A stretch of DNA of 64,000 nt from Rhynchobatus australiae (GCA_034780895.1 JAUZTB010000001.1:126438942-126502941); one strand, 5' to 3'; positions 26,801-41,772 are shown, counted from the stretch's first letter. Made by a program: numbers and translations. Notes: generated by a model from the sequence alone, not told the origin.

Positions 26801-27609
26801 CCCACTATGTTTTGCAGCTGCAATGTACCTCCTCGTTTAAGATGCGCAGGCCGCCAATTAAATTGCACTGGGCATTTGTGATATTGGACACCCCACTGAT
26901 GCTGCAGCCAAGAAGCAGTGTGCCCAGCACAGCCATAAGCAGTGATCACATATAGAACAAGGCAAGGCTATGCTGCCTACTTTGTGATGAACAGGCACAG
27001 GTTAATTGTAATCCCAGCTCTTGTTTTCAAGGATTAGTTTTGCTGTCCCCCTGGTAAATTACCTTCAGAATTAATTATCCATCCTCAGAACAACCAGTTT
27101 GGCTGCACAAAACTTCAAAGTGAATTGGAATGTTAATTTGTTAAATAGGCCTCTGTGTAACAATGTAATTTTGTTCAATGCTTCCTTAAAATCAATAGTT
27201 TCTAAAATCATAAAACGCTTAAATGATTGAATCAATAAAAATGAATCTACTCTGTAAATCACAGCGTTCTCACAAATTACACATGGCAGATCCATGACTA
27301 AGCCTCTCCTTAGACAGAAGGTATCAAAATAAGTTTAAACTTGACTCTGTGCCAACATCCTCAGTAGGTAGGCTGGTGAGAAGGGGCGGGGTTAGTTTAA
27401 CCCTCAAGAACAAGTGAGTTGTGAATGGTTGGATGAAAAAAATGTTCTCAAAACCATCCCCAGATGGGCCATTTCAGTTATGAGAGAGGTGGGGTGAGGT
27501 ATGGGCAACTCTGTACCCTCAAGGGGCAGATCAGTTAATAAAATCCTTCAAGGAGAGCCGAGGGACTTCTTCTTACAGTTTTATTTTTCAACCCATAAAG
27601 AACTTGTTT

Positions 27610-27920
27610 CCCAGAACCTGATCCTCAAAGGATGTTTCCCCTTGTGAAGGAATTTAGAAAGAGGACATATAATTTCAAAATGGTGGGGGAGGGGAATTTC
27701 TTCACTCGGGGGACCTTGGGCTTCCTCTTCCCCAAAGGGCTGTAAAGGCAGAATGTGTTCAAGGGTGGGATCAACATATAGTCAGTCCCTGGGAGAGGCA
27801 AGGATTATGTGGAACAAGCAGGAAAATGGCCCAAGATCAGATGAGCCATGATTTTACTGAATGGCAAAGCGGAATGGATGGCCCTTCTGGTGCTCCTATT
27901 TCTTATCTTCTGATGTTCTA
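27610..27920 (+). mobile_element. Old CR1-clade LINE 3' fragment
   Basis: ggatgtttcccctt...gaatttcttcactc...agatcagatgagccatgattttactgaatggc...ctcctatttcttat. Confidence 0.65.
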
Positions 27921-30900
27921 ATCAAGTTGGAAATCTCAGCAGGAAACCACTGTATTACGACGGCCCTGAATACGCAATGATTTATTTCATCCACTTCCTC
28001 CCCTTACCCTCACTAGCTATCTTTTTTTACACCCTCTCAGATCCCTAGATGCTCTCCTCCCCAAACAACATCATTATCTTTGTCTGGCCCTTTCCCTCCA
28101 CCATCTCCAGTTCCCCTTCATACTTTACAGAATCTCCAAACTTCCATCTCCACAGATTGGTTGCTCTCCCCTTGTAATAGGTCTCAAAACACCAGCCCCC
28201 ACACACCACTCTGACTTACATGCCGACTGTATTGGACTGTATGGTCAACATGAACTAAAAGGATATTAAGAAGACCTTCTGGCCCAGATATTGTGGGCCA
28301 AGTGGCCTATTCTTGTGCTGTACTGTTCTATGTTTTAGCTGTTCACTGAGTGCTGTGGCCACTCCCCACCTATCAGGCTATCATATGGAAAATCTTTTGA
28401 AATATTTTTTAGCTGATACAACACGCCAAGGCTTGAAGTTAGTTGTGATGATTTGATCTCTTGTCACCAGGAGGATCTTCAGAGAATTAAAACAAGAAGA
28501 GTGGGGTGGAGGGATAATGGGAATGATTAAGAGAGGGCAGTGACCAAGAGACAGCAAATGATAGAAATTGTGATGATGCTGTGTGAAAATGGGTGGTGAA
28601 AGCTTATCATTGCAGTTGATCCACCTGGGTGAGATACAACCAAAAATAGTAGAACAGGAGACACGTAAATAATAGAACACTGGTACTGCGAGATACTGAA
28701 CACTGAAGATGCTGTAAATATGAAATAACAGAGAATGCTGGAAATACTCAGCAAGTCAGACAGCATTTGTGGAGAGGGGAGAATGGAGTTAACACAAGAC
28801 CTTTTATCAGAATGGTTTGTATCTCGGCTGATTACGTCTGAAGGAAGGTCATCAACCTGCAATGTTAGCTCCATTTTTTTGTAGTATTTCCTGCGTTCTT
28901 TTATTTCAGATTTTCAGNNNNNNNNNNAACAGCATACATAGGTTTGTATGTCATAGTTCCAGTACTGTTTTGTTTTTCCCTCTCTCCAGTTCATTCACTT
29001 CCTTCAAGTTACATCAACTCAGATGAATGAGCCTCATGACTCACCACCACTTCTGTCATTCAGTCTGTCTACAAATTCTATCACAGAAATTCTCTTCAGC
29101 CCTCCCACTTCTCTGAAACTTAAAACATCTTTGATTTCCAACCTTTCCTTGTGCTGATAACAGGTCATTGATCTGAAACATTAACTCCATTATCCTCTCC
29201 ACAGATGCTGCCAGACGCAAGTATTTATTCCTAGCTGTGTGAAATAGTCCCACTGCCAACCCACTCTCACTTCAAGTATGAAATAAATGAGTTTACTTTT
29301 GGAGGTACAAGGTAACAGGTCGGAGCTAAAAATGGAAACCAGTTAAGTTTTTGATTCCAAAGTTCAATGCAGAGGGGATTTCACAGATGATTTCTGATCA
29401 TTTTGCTCACAGGCCAAAAACAAGGGAGGTGGGGAGGGTAGGATTGAGAGATATATTATTAATTACACTCCTGGGTCTCAGTATTTACTACTGAGATAAT
29501 TGGAGTAACTTAAAATTAAACACAAAAATCAGTGTTACTACTCAATATTTGCAAAAGAAAATAAATCATTTCTTATTCTGGAAAAAGTACTATATTTTAT
29601 ATGCTTAAAAGCATTGCTGGACAGAAATATCAAAAATATTCACAGCATGCTTCAAGAAACAAAAAAAAATTCTCCCATACAAAACAAATCAACTATTGAG
29701 TGAAGCACAGGATAAACAGAAACCACGACTATTTGAAGACCAAAGTACCATGTTTTCTGTTATGGATATGCTGTTATAGAGTCATACAGCATAGAAACAG
29801 GTACCTTGGCTGACCATCCAGCACTCTTGTGTCTCTAGTGTAAAAGAGGCTACAGATGCTGGAATCTGAAGCAAAAAAAAACAAACTGCTGGAGGAGCTC
29901 AGTGGGTCAAGCAGTATGTGGACATTTTGGGGCAAGACCTCGCTACAGGACAATTCCTTCTCCCCTCCACAGAAGCTGCTTGACCCTCTGAGGTCCTTCA
30001 GCAGTTTATTTTTTCACTCTTTTACACTAATCTCATTTTATTTATTTTCACCCCTGCACACGAGGGGCAATTTACAGTGGACAATTAACCTACCAGTATG
30101 CATATCTTTGAGACGTCGAGCACCCAAAGGAAACCAATATGGTCACAGGAAGAATGTGCAAACTCATTTTATTGTTTATATTGTAAAATATTATCAATAG
30201 AATGAGTTATTAATAAAACTACTATATTCACTAATGTGTACATAACAGCATAGCAAAAATCATCTAGTAAATAGATAAGCCATATATGGATAATCAAGAT
30301 TCCTTATTCAATCCATGGTCAATACCAAGTTAATCTACCTTAGCTGGTATGGCAAAGGACCTTAATGAAATAGGATTGGAGAAAAGAATATTGGTCCTCA
30401 TCACTAGCAGCCAATCCTGGAAACACAAGAACTTCACTGATGACAAGAACAGATATGAAGAATCAGCACTGATGATCCACAGTAACCTGATGACAATAAT
30501 CACCAATGAGAGTCACATACTAAGAATGGCCATTAGGCAAGATACTGCTCTGTGCCTGGCATCTAAACAAATAACTCTCTACAAAATGTCTATGGTCCTG
30601 ATAACTGCAAAATGGCAAATGTGGATACCTGACAGGGAAACCTCTCTCCTCGGGGACTCCCCATCACCTCCAGCAACATGGCACTGAAAGAACTCCTTGA
30701 ACTGCATGCCAATGATACTGACCCAAATCACAACCCTCAGTTATCTCCTGACACAAGCCATGATCACAAGCCTCTGACTCAGTGATGATGAGTCCTTTCA
30801 CAGCTGCCACATCTAAGTGACCACCACCGAGGCTGGTGACTGCCCCCAACATCAGCAACATCCTATGATTGGGAACCTCCCATGACTCTGTGACCTCCCC

Positions 30901-33083
30901 AATGATGATTACTCTCTGAATCCCTCCCACCCCCTCCAAAAAGCAGCCCACCTTATTCCCAACTTCCTTCTGACCCACTAATCCTGGGCCTCTCTTTCCT
31001 CTGTGATTGACTAGCTATGTCTCTGATTTTCCCTTTTAGATTTTATGCTCCACACTGGTGCAGCATTCAGAGGAAAACTTTATCTGGTGGATTCGGCAAT
31101 GTCAGACTGAATTGTGAAGGATGGACCCATACCAAAGTGGCTGTTGGTGTGCCATACAGTGAAAAATGAACATGTCACCATAGATGATGTCTAGGCAATG
31201 GCCTACTGTTTCAGAGCAGTATTATTAATATTTATTTTAATCAGAGCAAATACACTAAAATGTTAAAGTTTGTAGTTCTCACCTGAATAAAAAGCAAGGG
31301 GTTATTTAATAAAATGACTAAAATACAAACAACCTTGTTTTAGACTTCTAGGAATCCCACATCTTACTAAAGTATCAAGTGTTCTTCTATTTCTTCTGGG
31401 ATGTCAATCAGAATTGCATAAACCATTTGCATTTGCAATACTATATCATAATTGCCTTAACTCATTTAAATTGTAACCATCAGAAAAGCAGTCTTCTTAG
31501 TGAAAATATGACTAATGTTAACGTATATTTAACTGATTTCCATTAAAATGTTCAGATTTCTGTTTGGGTGTTGATAAGTTGACTTTCAACAAACATTTAC
31601 AGAAATATTTTCTGTATTTCTTATAGCAAAAGCCCATTATCTGGAGAGATGCAGTTATTGTATCTGTTTTGTTACGATACTTGATAATTACCAAATATTT
31701 ATTAACAAATTATATTCCTAACATTCCACAATCTCAAAACAATATTCATAACACACTGCAAAAATCATTTATAACACCAACTACATTTCTGTCATTTTAA
31801 AAATATTTTATTCATAATATGATTTGCTTCTTCGAAGATTTAATTTTTCAGTGTACAGTCTTTGATAAACCCCATCAAATTATTTTATTGAAATAGCGCA
31901 TCTTTGAAACTACTAATGAGATCCATAAAAATGCTTTTGTTTTATTACAAGATAATGTTGGTTGTTACTTAGTATTTCAGTTTTTTGCTTGCTTTCCTGT
32001 TTTGTGATGTTCAAATCAAAAGTACATATTTTATTTTAAAATTAATTTGTCTGTAGTTAACCTTTCAGGTCTCTTCCTCACTATCTCCATCCCCAGGACA
32101 ATAAAAATCAAAAAAACAAAAACACTCAATGAATTTAGGCTGTAAATATAAATCAGCAACCATCTCATCAGTCAAATGTCTTCTTTTGAACAGGTGCAAC
32201 ATATTTGTAATTCAACTCAAATTACATATGATCCATTTGTAATATAGCTTCTGATATTTGTGCACAGAGAGGTTGAGAGCTACAGACTTGTGGGACTTTT
32301 GATGCCACAGTGATGGATCTGAAAATTGAATAAGCATGTCAGCACTAGGCAGGAAGGCAATATATGGTGTTTCAGAAGGAAAGAGTGAGAAATACAAAAG
32401 AGTAAAAGGAGAAGTGCATTTTATTTGACTTTATTGTCTGTAAAATTATGTTATTTGACAACCTAACATCAAAAAAAATGTAACTTCTTCCTCAACTCCC
32501 GGAATTAGCCTTTTCAACACAAGCAAATGAAGTTTATGTGTGTTATGTCTAACCAGTCTATAGTCTGATCCCATTTCACAGAGCTTCCAAGCGCAGATTA
32601 AAAAGGCAATAGATTCAGATTCACGTTTGAAACTTAAGAGTGATCTGATGGTGACACTACAGTAGACTGACTCTACATAGCAAGTGATCATCTACTTGCT
32701 CTATGGAGGTGGATGAAGGGCATTCAATTAAAAACGTGAAACCACTGAGCCACCTCTTTTTGATTCTGTTCCCTTTATGATTCAATCTGGTTTTACATTG
32801 TTATTCCTTCAGGTTTTTAGTCCCTATTCTTTCTCAATCACCAAAAAAGTGTTAAACAGAAATACTTTTATAATAAAGATAAAACATCACAAAAAAGAAA
32901 CTAAAGCCAAAAATCAGATTGTACACTTGGCAGTGAAACAAGATATCAAATGCCCACAATCCAAAATGCTTTAAGATCCTTCACCTTTTTGATATCGTAT
33001 TCTAATTAAAATGGACCATGAGGAAATAAAATTTTAGCAAAAGAGCTGAAATTTTATAATGCAAATTAGTCCCAAAAACTTAC

Positions 33084-33211
33084 CCTATTATTTCAACTGT
33101 GTCACTTAGGTATGGATCAACTATTAAATCATTTGCGATCCCCCAACTTCCATCTGCAGCAATAATACCAACATTCTTTAAACCAACTTTATCCAGTGAT
33201 TGACGCAGCAC
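33084..33211 (-). CDS. GALC: GALC exon 7 (128 nt)
   Basis: gcaaag|GTGCTG...ATAGG|gtaagt; VLRQSLDKVGLKNVGIIAADGSWGIANDLIVDPYLSDTVEII(G). Confidence 0.95.
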
Positions 33212-35545
33212 CTTTGCAACAGATAAAGATGAAAATCACCGGACTAAAGTAACAAAAACCTGCCCTGAAAACTCCCATTAACAAGACTGTTACCTGGGCA
33301 GAAGGTGGGATTAGACAAAATTTCAGACCAACTCAATGCATATCACCACAGTCAGCGAGCAAAAGAAAACACAGGGCAAATTAGGAAGTAGCAATTAAGC
33401 TGTAGAAGGGACTCCAAAAGGCCAAAGATTGTAGGATGGATACTGGGAAGGAAGCAAGGAGTCCCACAGCTGTGACATATTGGGAAAAATAACAAAGGCT
33501 TCAATTGATGATTTTGTTCAATGTGATGAAGATGAAGGTGGACTAGTACAGCAACCGGAAGGAATAAGGGGTACTTTTAAGCAGAGCAACTGGAGTAAAA
33601 AGTAATAGACAGCAAGGGAGCTGCAATGGAGATAGCCTGGAAGGTACTGGGGTCATCTAATTCACAATTTTTTTTGTTATCTTGAGGATTATTTGACAAC
33701 CATGGCCTTGGGCAACATCCTGGTTCTGGAGCTGAAGATCTGCACTACAGAAATAGCCACACTTCGTTCATTATAGCTCCAACACAGTTACCACCCTATA
33801 AAATGGAAAATTACCTAGCATGTTATATCACTATGACAAGATGAATCCAATCCAGACAACTTTTTTTTCTTTTTAAAAGACCAGCATTCATTGCCACTCA
33901 GTCAAGGGGAGTTAAGGATGGATAATGTTGCCTTTTTAAAGTGTGCTGTTCATATGATGAAGGTACTCACACATTGTTAGGTTGCGAGTTCCGGGATTCT
34001 GACTCAGTAATATACACCCAGGGCTGGATAGTATATGCAAGTTACTGTAGTGCAATTTGTGAATGGCTTCCACTGAAACCAGTTATGGCATGTTAGGGGA
34101 AGTGAATGTTTCTGGTGGCAAAAGGATTGCCATTCAAGCAGTCTGCTGTCAGGCTTTCTGAGGTGATGCACTGATGTACACTGTATGCTTATTACACAAA
34201 ACTGGTAATTGATCCTGAATCAAATTTCTTTGCTTGTCACAAAGCCAGTTGATTCCATTGTAATTGTAACACAAGTACTATACATCACTTCCTTATACAA
34301 CTGGAATATTCATTACTTAAAGCACAATAGTCCAATTAATTCTGGCTTTTTCAATCAATTATCTTGAGATATGTTTCAACCAAAACTTTAGTTATTCTAA
34401 AAATAATGGGTCAAAACAGACAAAAAACTGGCCCTGTTTATTTAGTCAAAGATATTCATTTCTACCAAGCATATGATTTTTCCTGAAAGCACTATAATAC
34501 TTNNNNNNNNNNNNNNNNNNNNNNNNNNNNNNNNNNNNNNNNNNNNNNNNNNNNNNNNNNNNNNNNNNNNNNNNNNNNNNNNNNNNNNNNNNNNNNNNNN
34601 NNNNNNNNNNNNNNNNNNNNNNNNNNNNNNNNNNNNNNNNNNNNNNNNNNNNNNNNNNNNNNNNNNNNNNNNNNNNNNNNNNNNNNNNNNNNNNNNNNNN
34701 NNNNNNNNNNNNNNNNNNNNNNNNNNNNNNNNNNNNNNNNNNNNNNNNNNNNNNNNNNNNNNNNNNNNNNNNNNNNNNNNNNNNNNNNNNNNNNNNNNNN
34801 NNNNNNNNNNNNNNNNNNNNNNNNNNNNNNNNNNNNNNNNNNNNNNNNNNNNNNNNNNNNNNNNNNNNNNNNNNNNNNNNNNNNNNNNNNNNNNNNNNNN
34901 NNNNNNNNNNNNNNNNNNNNNNNNNNNNNNNNNNNNNNNNNNNNNNNNNNNNNNNNNNNNNNNNNNNNNNNNNNNNNNNNNNNNNNNNNNNNNNNNNNNN
35001 NNNNNNNNNNNNNNNNNNNNNNNNNNNNNNNNNNNNNNNNNNNNNNNNNNNNNNNNNNNNNNNNNNNNNNNNNNNNNNNNNNNNNNNNNNNNNNNNNNNN
35101 NNNNNNNNNNNNNNNNNNNNNNNNNNNNNNNNNNNNNNNNNNNNNNNNNNNNNNNNNNNNNNNNNNNNNNNNNNNNNNNNNNNNNNNNNNNNNNNNNNNN
35201 NNNNNNNNNNNNNNNNNNNNNNNNNNNNNNNNNNNNNNNNNNNNNNNNNNNNNNNNNNNNNNNNNNNNNNNNNNNNNNNNNNNNNNNNNNNNNNNNNNNN
35301 NNNNNNNNNNNNNNNNNNNNNNNNNNNNNNNNNNNNNNNNNNNNNNNNNNNNNNNNNNNNNNNNNNNNNNNNNNNNNNNNNNNNNNNNNNNNNNNNNNNN
35401 NNNNNNNNNNNNNNNNNNNNGAGAGAATGTGGTACAGGGAGAATGGGACTGATGGGAGTATTCTGAGAACCAAATGGGCTCGAATGGGCAGAATGGCCTC
35501 CTTCTATATCATAAGAAAATAGGAGATAAAAAAAGAGAAACATAC

Positions 35546-35584
35546 CAGGATGTACTTTTTGTCAAATCTTCTCTCATTCCAAAT
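35546..35584 (-). CDS. GALC: GALC exon 6 (39 nt), contains catalytic acid/base Glu (IWNE)
   Basis: tcctag|ATTTGGAATGAG...ATCCTG|gtatg; IWNERRFDKKYIL. Confidence 0.94.
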
Positions 35585-37405
35585 CTAGGACAGAAATATA
35601 AAAGAATCGTATTAATTTACGAACATTATTATTTTGGTTTTGCACAAAATATTCTTAAATAGAAATCGGTGCCAACCATATCAGCAACATACATTTTGCC
35701 ACTAATTGTTTAGTATTATAGACAAAATGCATTTATGAATATGTACAATTAGGAACATTAAATGATTTTCCTTCCAGGACAAACTTCATTGCGCAAGTAC
35801 TTTTAGGAATGAATCACAAAATTAAATTACACAACTATTTAACAGATATCATTTTAGTGTACTAGTTATTCCAGGTCATGTGACTTCCAACATTGAGGGC
35901 AATATCTTACAAAAATAGCTAAGAAATAAGGCTAATTTTTGGACAAAAAACCCTGACCTCAGACTCAAGCAACTGAATAGCCTTTCCCTGCTTCTGCCTC
36001 TTGTTTTTGAGCCTCATGGCAAAGAACGGAGTTACTTGGCCCATATGCTTGTGCTGACTCTGAAGGGGCCATTCACTCATGACTTACATCTAAGATTTTC
36101 CTCAAAGGAAACAAATTTATTTTCTTTCGGTACATAGCCAATTGCATTTTAAGTACATACTGAAGCCGATTTCACCATCCTTTCATGTAGCATGTTCTGG
36201 ATTAAATACAAGCATCTGTGGGAAGAAAAATTTTAGTCTCCTTTCTAGTGATTCTGCCAATTAATTTACACCATTGAATTCTGATTACTGGCTCATTTGC
36301 CCAAGGAAACTGTTTCTCTCTTAACCACCTGCTAGTAGCTTTACCACCTGCTAGCAGCTTTAGCATAGGAGTATACCTTTGTTTTTGTGTGCAACCTCCA
36401 CAATAAAAGTACCGCATACACTTTCTTAATTGCCATGTCAACTTGACCTACCACCTACCTAGTCTCATTTACTAAAGTCCCTCAATATTTGCTCCTAACC
36501 AAAAAGTGTACTATTTTGATTACACCAACTCTCCATGTTGCTTCTCCTGAATAGATATAATTTCACACAAGGCCATTAAAATGCACTCAGATGTAACTGT
36601 CTGATTCACCAACCTACTCCCTGCTAAAGTCTGCTAATATCTTGTTCAGTCTTTGCTCTGTTTCTAAGTTGTGTATCATTCACAAACTTCAAAACTGTAC
36701 TTGCTGCACCCAATTCCATGTCATTTGTATTTAACAGGAAAAGCAATGGTCCTTATATTGACCCCTGGGAGATCGCACTGCAAAATTATCTCCAGAGAGA
36801 AAACCATTCATTCACCTCTGCTCTCTGCTTTCTATTGCTTGAAAAATTATGTAAAAAGAATTTCAACTGTCCCTTTGCAGCCTTGTACTTTCAGTTTCCA
36901 AATAAAGTGCTTATGTGTGGTACTTTGTCAAGTGCCTTTTGAAAGTCACATAAACATATGTTTATGTTTACTTGGTGCAGTAAACAAGTCCAAATTCAGC
37001 TGTTTTCAATTGATTTGTGAAAGGATCATAACAGCACTAAAATCTGTGTAGCTGTTAGACTCATTGATCAATTTTAAATCTCTTGGATAATTTTATGAAT
37101 TTTCATGGAGAGCTAAAAAAAAGCCCTATGTTTACTTTTTCTCCCTTGAACATTCAATGACATATTCTCTTGAATTTTGAAATTATATGCATAGCACAGA
37201 ATAATTAATTCTTTAAATTGCTCATTAAAAGTGGGTTTAAAATTTTGTTTTATTCGACATTCATCACCCTGCTCCTTTTTCCTCCCTGAAATAATGAATT
37301 AATTTAGTTATTCTGCTTCAACATCAAGTGCAAACTACCATCTCTACAATACTATCATAAACTAAACAAGAGATATGCTTTATTTTATTAAGTACTTCTA
37401 CTAAC

Positions 37406-37545
37406 CCCAACATAATCAATATCAAGATTATGATACAATTTAGCACCATGAATCCATGAAGAAATATAATAGGCTGTTCTGTCTGGGTAAGAGTAAGGTG
37501 AGCTCTCTCCACGACCAATCCAAGCAGGGAAGGCCCAGGGTAGCC
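37406..37545 (-). CDS. GALC: GALC exon 5 (140 nt)
   Basis: ttttcag|GGCTACCC...GTTGGG|gttag; (G)[46 protein letters not shown]. Confidence 0.96.
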
Positions 37546-37755
37546 CTGAAAAATAAATAAAGCATTCACTTAAAAAGCAGATTACAATTACAGCAATATT
37601 AAAATAGTTTTGAATTTAGATTTCAGGATTCCTCCTTAATTGCGGTGACATGCCAGGGTAAATTTTCAAGGGATCCAGAGGGTTTCTAATACCTCCCTCC
37701 AGTACCATTCTTCTTGAAAGAAACTATTCAGCTATACCCAAACCTGTGGTTAACA

Positions 37756-38056
37756 TACACAATAAAACTGTTAATCTAGCAGGTTCGGGACTTGGGTGGT
37801 GCTGGAACGTCAGATTTTCCACATATTGGACGTTATTCGCAATTAATACTCCAATACAGTTTCAATTCACTTTTTAAAAAAAAAAGTGACATAGTGGTAT
37901 CATAAATTTTCCAGCAGACCTGGTAGGTTAAATGTGGCGGGGAAGCCACAGCCTTGGTTTGTTAATGGGAGCACAGGAATAGCACTTAGTGAGCTAGATG
38001 CCGAACCATCAGGATTCCTGTTCAATTGGATGTTGGATTATCAGTGAGTTGTATTC
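37756..38056. mobile_element. Possible Tigger/pogo-like MITE with decayed terminal inverted repeats
   Basis: Left end caataaaactgttaatctagca vs reverse complement of right end (gaatacaactcactgataatccaaca). Confidence 0.35.
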
Positions 38057-38209
38057 TCAATTTTCAGCAAACATTACTAACACCAGATTTCAAGTTAATT
38101 ATTTGCCACCTCTACTCTTCCTTAGGTTTTGTAAAAGTAATCACCTGAGCCTGCATAAGAAATGACAAATGAACTGTAAGTATCACAAGGGAAAAACAGA
38201 TTTAAAAGG

Positions 38210-38395
38210 GCAGGGGAGTGACACTGCAGGTAGTGTAGGTGTCTCCTAGCTCCAGTGATTGAGGCTTGATTCTGAACTCTGGTGTTGTCTCTTTGGACTT
38301 TGAATCTTCTCCTTGTGACTGTATGGAATTCCCACAGGTGCTCTGCTTTCCTCCCACATCCTAAAGGCTTACTTGCTGATTGGTTAATGTAACCA
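38210..38395 (+). mobile_element. V-SINE fragment
   Basis: ggtgttgtctctttggactttg...ggtgctctgctttcctcccacatcctaaag. Confidence 0.65.
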
Positions 38396-38619
38396 GAAAA
38401 ATAAACAGCGGGAATTGTATGCCTCGAAATTTTAGCACACCATTGTTGGAGACTCAATGACATTTGTACTCTTGTGCAAGTGATGAAGCATTTCAGAACT
38501 GATATTCACTTTGGAGGATGGGATTGGGTGATCAGTGGCCACAAGCCCAATTGGGCCTGTGCTGGAGATAGAATGTCAGCAATGAATGGACTAATTAGTG
38601 AATTAGCACGAAGCGGCAA

Positions 38620-40220
38620 ATGGGGACAACAGGATATTTTCAATTCAGCATCCTACAATCAGTTATTTACAATACATATAAATAATTTGGAGGAAAGAAA
38701 TAAAAGTACTGTTACCAGATTTGGGGATGGTACAAGGTAGAGCAGAAGCCAAACTGTGAAAATGATACGAATAGTTTACAGAGAGATATTGACCAGGTTA
38801 AGCTAGTGGGCAAAAAAGTAATACATAGGAAAATGTGAAGCTGTTCACTTTGAAGAAAAGAATGATGAAACAAAAGGAGGACAGCAAAAGGCTACAGTGA
38901 AGAGATTTTGAGATTGTCCTAAATGTAATGCAGACATGCAGCACAGGTACTGTGGGCTAATGGAATATTTGCCTTTATTTCAGGGGTTGGAGTATAAAAA
39001 TAGGAAAGTCTTACTACATCCTTACAAGATATTAGTGAGACAACATCTAGAGTTGGGTGCACAGTTTTGGTTCCTTTAATTATCAGAACTCAGAGAAGGT
39101 TCACAAGAATGATGCTGGGTACGAAGGAACTGTCTAATGAGGAAAGGCTGAATAGCTTTTCTACACTCATTTAGAGTTTATACGAATGAAACTGAACATA
39201 CTGAAACACAAGATTTCTATTGGGTCTGTCAGGGTAAATGCTAGAGGGATGTTTCCTTTCATGGGAGTCTCAAATCAAAGAGCATAGGACTAAGGCGGCA
39301 CATTTAAGACCAAGATGGAGAAGAATTACTCCTCTCAAATGGTTGTCTTTGGAGTTCCTTGCCTTAAAAGCTGTGGCACTGAATCTGATTTTAAAGCAGA
39401 GGTAGATTTTTAATCAGCAAGGGAATGAATTGCTATGCGCATTGAGTGGGAAAGTAGGCCAGAGAGTCGTGAGTCTGGAATTCTCTACCCAAAAGGGCTG
39501 TGGAGGCTCAGTTGCCGAGTACATTTAAGACATGTATGAACAGACATATGGACCTTAAGGGAATCAATGGATTTACAGTTAAGCGCAGGAATATAGCACT
39601 GTGGTAAACGTTCAGCTAAAATCTCATTGAAGGGCAGAGTATATTCGAAGGGCTGCGGTGAAAGAGAACTGAAGTGCCACAGAGCATTTTATTACAGGCA
39701 CTAATTGATTACCTTGTCATAGGAAAGAAGTTATTAAACTAGAACGAGGACAGAAAAGATTTACCAAGATGATGCCTGGACTTGGGGGCCCGAGTTACAA
39801 GGAAAGGTTGCATAGATTAGGGCTTTGTTCCCTGGAACGTAGGAGATTGGGGGGGTGACCTGACAGATGTGTATAAGATCATGAGGGGCACAGACAGGGT
39901 GAAAGCACATGGTGTTTTTCCCAGGGAGGGGGTGCTAAAAACAAGAGGGCAATAGGTTTATGATCAGAGGCGAGAGATTTAAAAGGGGTGTCATGGCAGC
40001 TTCTTCACAAAAAGGGTGGTGCACATTTGGAATGAGCTGCCAGAAACAGTGGTTGAAGCGGGCACATTAGCAACATTTAAAGCCACCTGAATAAGTACAT
40101 GGATAGGAGAGGTTTAGAGGGGTATTGGGCCAAACATGGGCAGATGGGACTAACTTGCTGGGCAACACAGTCAGTGTGGACCAGTTGGGCCGAAGGGCCT
40201 CTTTCCATGTTGTATAACTC
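38620..40220 (+). mobile_element. Cluster of tandem/nested CR1-clade LINE fragments
   Basis: Older RT-region copy ~38620-39660, then a younger 3' fragment ~39710-40220 ending gttgggccgaagggcctctttccatgttgtataactc. Confidence 0.8.
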
Positions 40221-40459
40221 CAAGCACAAATCAAGATTTACTATGAAGTAAACATAGATGCACACAAGGTTTACTGTCATAAATGCGCCAAGAGTTTTAT
40301 AAACAAAAGTATTAATCACTTGACAAACCTGGTTTCACCATAAATTTCAAGGCCTAAATTCTAAAAGCACCAGCTGATTTATCATTAATCCTATCAAATG
40401 GAATAGGTTCTGAGAGCAACTCCTAGTTATGTTGTTTGGTTTACAGACACAGAAGTTTA

Positions 40460-40630
<171 letters not shown>

Positions 40631-40959
40631 TTATCAAAGATATTCATAAAGGCATACAACTTTCTATCATATTAAGTTTGTTGTCTTAGGTAGTGAAAGA
40701 TATGGTACCTGTTAATTGCAACATACATCAGACAGACGAAAACAAACTTTAAACCAGATAAAGATTTGTAACAGACTCTTGCACTACCATGAATAAGCAT
40801 TCTGAACTTGATTTAAACAGATAATAATGGAGATGAGAGAGAGAATGGAACAACAGTGTGCATGTGTGAAAGAGAATGTAAAATGGTGACAGAGTCATCT
40901 TGATTTCCCAGTTGAATAAACAGAAAAGCAAGAACTGAATTTGAAAGTAAAATTGTTCC

Positions 40960-41425
40960 TTTCAAATTTGGGTTGTTCTCCCTCAAGCATCGGATGCTGA
41001 GGGGAGACCTGATAGAGGTTTCTAAAATTATGAGAGGCATAGATAGGGTAGACAGTCAGAATCTGTTCCCCAGGGTAGAAATGTCCATCACCAGAGGGCA
41101 TGCTCTTTGGGGGGGGCGGGGGGGAGCAGTTGGCTTAAAAGTGATGTGAGGGGCAAGCTTTTTTNNNNNNNNNNNNNNNNNNNNNNNNNNNNNNNNNNTT
41201 ATACACACACACCGAGAGTAGTAGGTGCCTGGAATGGGTTACCAGGGGTTGTAGTGGGATCAGGCAGTTTGGAGGAGTTTAAGAGGCTTTTAAGAGACTA
41301 TGAAGGGAATGGAGGGATATGGATGATACACATGAGGAGGATATTTAGTATAAATTGGCATCAAGAATGGCACAACATTGTGGGTCGAATGGCCGGTCCA
41401 GTGCTGTACTGTTCTATGTTCTGTA
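40960..41425 (+). mobile_element. CR1-clade LINE 3' fragment
   Basis: ggggagacctgatagaggtttctaaaattatgagaggcatagataggg ... gtgctgtactgttctatgttct. Confidence 0.85.
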
Positions 41426-41772
41426 TCTTAAAATGTTTGACTTGTTCTGCACTATCAAACACAATCGGTTGGACTGTTGGAAGAATGGTAAAAGTTTAAA
41501 AAACTCGAATTATACCAGTTTGCTCTCTTTGGTTGAAATACCCCACCAAGATTAAAATGCGGGTTGAATTTCTGCAGGGATCCAGTCCAGCACTGATCAT
41601 AACTTTCGTAGCTGATCAGCAGAAATCTTACAAAAATGCTGGAAACATCACTGTTTGGCAAATCTTCCATGCAACACTGGACAATTAGGAAAATACAGGT
41701 ACAAGGACAACAACAATGATATCTTACTCAGTGTATATCAGAGTCCAGTAGTTGGACAGATAGAATTCCCAC

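Noticed and set aside
30349-30687. 112-aa plus-strand ORF in intron 7 as a nested gene
   Set aside because: No recognisable domain or splice context, and the length is within chance expectation.
34442-35543. Longest ORFs in the track (also 12025-12787 and 44142-44773)
   Set aside because: They are artefacts of N-runs translated as X.
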